A DNA stretch of 59,647 bases, from the IMG/VR virus record IMGVR_UViG_3300044726_000022, positions 1 through 59,647 of that record; one strand, given 5' to 3'. The translations under genes and the position numbers were made by a program. This document shows positions 58,678-59,647 of the stretch, one piece after another. The first letter of the stretch is position 1. Each line of letters opens with the position of its first letter. A model generated the notes under the pieces. That model had not been told where the DNA came from. It ran no database searches and saw only the letters and a program-made list of their open reading frames with translations. The DNA is from a virus.

Positions 58678-58874
58678 TGCGCCTCCGCCATCCAATCACG
58701 CAGGGTCACCCTGTTGCCGGTGACACGCTGGATAATCAGGATGCGGTCGGGGCGGGGGATGCGCTCACCGTACTTGTATTTCTTGATCGCCGCAGGCGTG
58801 CAGTCGTCTCCGACCAGGGCGGACATCGCGGCATCATCCAGGCCGTTGACTTCCATGTACCGCTTGAGCTTCAT
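58674..58874 (-). CDS. Cro/YdaS-like HTH regulator, first gene of block iv
   Basis: 66 aa from ATG 58874 (AAGGAGAAGG upstream): MKLKRYMEVNGLDDAAMSALVGDDCTPAAIKKYKYGERIPRPDRILIIQRVTGNRVTLRDW. Confidence 0.65.
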   Translation of the reverse strand: MKLKRYMEVNGLDDAAMSALVGDDCTPAAIKKYKYGERIPRPDRILIIQRVTGNRVTLRDWMAEAQ

Positions 58875-58904
58875 CACGCCACCTTCTCCTTTTCGGGGAA
58901 GGCT

Positions 58905-58922
58905 GTCAATCAGCCTATTGAC
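58905..58922. promoter_or_regulatory. inverted repeat GTCAAT-N6-ATTGAC in the divergent control region
   Basis: ctGTCAATcagcctATTGACttt. Each arm contains a TTGAC -35-like element facing outward, toward the cro-like gene and the ParB-like gene. Confidence 0.5.
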
Positions 58923-58982
58923 TTTCTCCCCTCTCGGGCGAACATAGGGCGGTGCAGGGTAAAGCACCAGAGGGAGATCGCA

Positions 58983-59647
58983 ATGACAGTCGTACAGGTA
59001 GCACCGGCCCGCCAAAAAGCGCAGCAGTCGGCTGACCTCGCCGAATACGCAAAGATCAGGGCCAAGGTGACGGCCAGGGAGCCGCACGGCCCCAGCACCA
59101 TCATGACCTTCACCTCAGGCCTCGCCCGCCTGATCCTCAACGGGGACCCTGACGTTAAGGGCGATTACGGCCTCAACAGCATGAACCGCCCCAAGAAGTC
59201 GGCGAAGATCACCGAATTTATGGAGTACATGCTGAAGGGGGATTGGAAGCTGACCGGCGACACCGTCAAATTCTCGGACAAGTACCTGCGCGACGGCCAG
59301 AACCGCCTGGAGGCCTGTGCTCGGTCTGGTGTTCCGCTCACAACCCATGTCGTGTTCGGCCTCGACGACCACATCTTTCCTTTCCTCGACAACGGCAAGA
59401 CGCGCTCTGTCTCTGACGCCTTCGCCATCGCTGGCGTGCAAAATTCAGGGACAGTTGCTGGTGCGGTGCGCTGGCTGGAGAAGTTCAAGAACGACGGCCT
59501 GAAGGATCGAAGCGGTCTTACACAAGACAGCGGGATCAAGGCGCTTGAGGGCTACGATCCAAATCGGCTGAAGGAAGCAGTGGCGGCGGCGCGAGCAGTC
59601 TACGCCGCCGATAGCACGCCGCGAACGGTGTCGACTGCGCTGTACTA
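58983..59647 (+). CDS. ParB/Srx-fold (DGQHR-like) protein, 5' part; continues at 1..407
   Basis: Own translation from ATG 58983 (GGGAGA upstream): MTVVQVAPARQKAQQ...KFSDKYLRDGQNRLEACARSGVPL... No stop before the window end. Absent from the track because it has no in-window stop. Confidence 0.75.
   Translation, partial: MTVVQVAPARQKAQQSADLAEYAKIRAKVTAREPHGPSTIMTFTSGLARLILNGDPDVKGDYGLNSMNRPKKSAKITEFMEYMLKGDWKLTGDTVKFSDKYLRDGQNRLEACARSGVPLTTHVVFGLDDHIFPFLDNGKTRSVSDAFAIAGVQNSGTVAGAVRWLEKFKNDGLKDRSGLTQDSGIKALEGYDPNRLKEAVAAARAVYAADSTPRTVSTALY
59521..59647. repeat. Terminal overlap: exact copy of 1..127
   Basis: See the first feature. Confidence 0.95.

Noticed and set aside
1-59647. Diversity-generating retroelement, retron, integrase-mediated island or toxin-antitoxin pair
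   Set aside because: No reverse transcriptase, tyrosine or serine recombinase, or recognisable toxin fold appears in any frame. The repeated fibre units are degenerate in-frame protein repeats, not a template/variable repeat pair.

Overview
The window is one complete, circularly closed tailed-phage genome. Positions 1-127 are identical to 59521-59647, so the unique sequence is 59,520 bp, and one gene (ParB/DGQHR-like) runs across the junction. The DNA is GC-rich with a very strong G/C third-codon-position bias. This bias separates real frames from the many long spurious ORFs in the track. Many true starts are internal to track ORFs and overlap the upstream stop (ATGA, GTGA, TGATG).

There are four strand blocks:
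(i) + strand, 58983 wrapping to 6693: early and recombination genes (two ParB-fold proteins, RecT, an HNH-like protein, small unknowns).
(ii) - strand, 43950 down to 6704: a ~37-kb late block. In order it holds three micro membrane peptides, TerS, TerL, a ~6-kb island of 20 small accessory genes, portal, head genes (scaffold-like, major capsid), two very large low-complexity proteins, tail-tube-like proteins, a GNAT, internal virion proteins (one with a SleB-type hydrolase domain), two tail fibres, holin-like genes and a GH24 endolysin.
(iii) + strand, 44100..52381: 22 small early genes punctuated by seven copies of one promoter-like cassette and a hyper-conserved translation leader.
(iv) - strand, 58874 down to 52471: regulation and replication genes (Cro-like, nuclease-like, RusA, GcrA-like, SF2 helicase), interrupted by a 0.5-kb structured non-coding segment.

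I recognised no tRNA, rRNA, CRISPR array, integrase, CI-type repressor, DNA polymerase or reverse transcriptase. The GcrA-like gene and the CTTG-N17-CATCT promoters point to an alphaproteobacterial host; this is inference.

Best candidates for something undescribed:
- the structured non-coding segment at 56006-56509, which carries an orphan copy of the phage leader;
- the promoter/palindrome/leader cassette system of the early block;
- the 29-bp hairpin repeat array after terL;
- the accessory island between terL and portal;
- two giant polyvalent-like proteins embedded in the head module.

All domain calls come from reading the translations and from memory of protein families. No database search was run.
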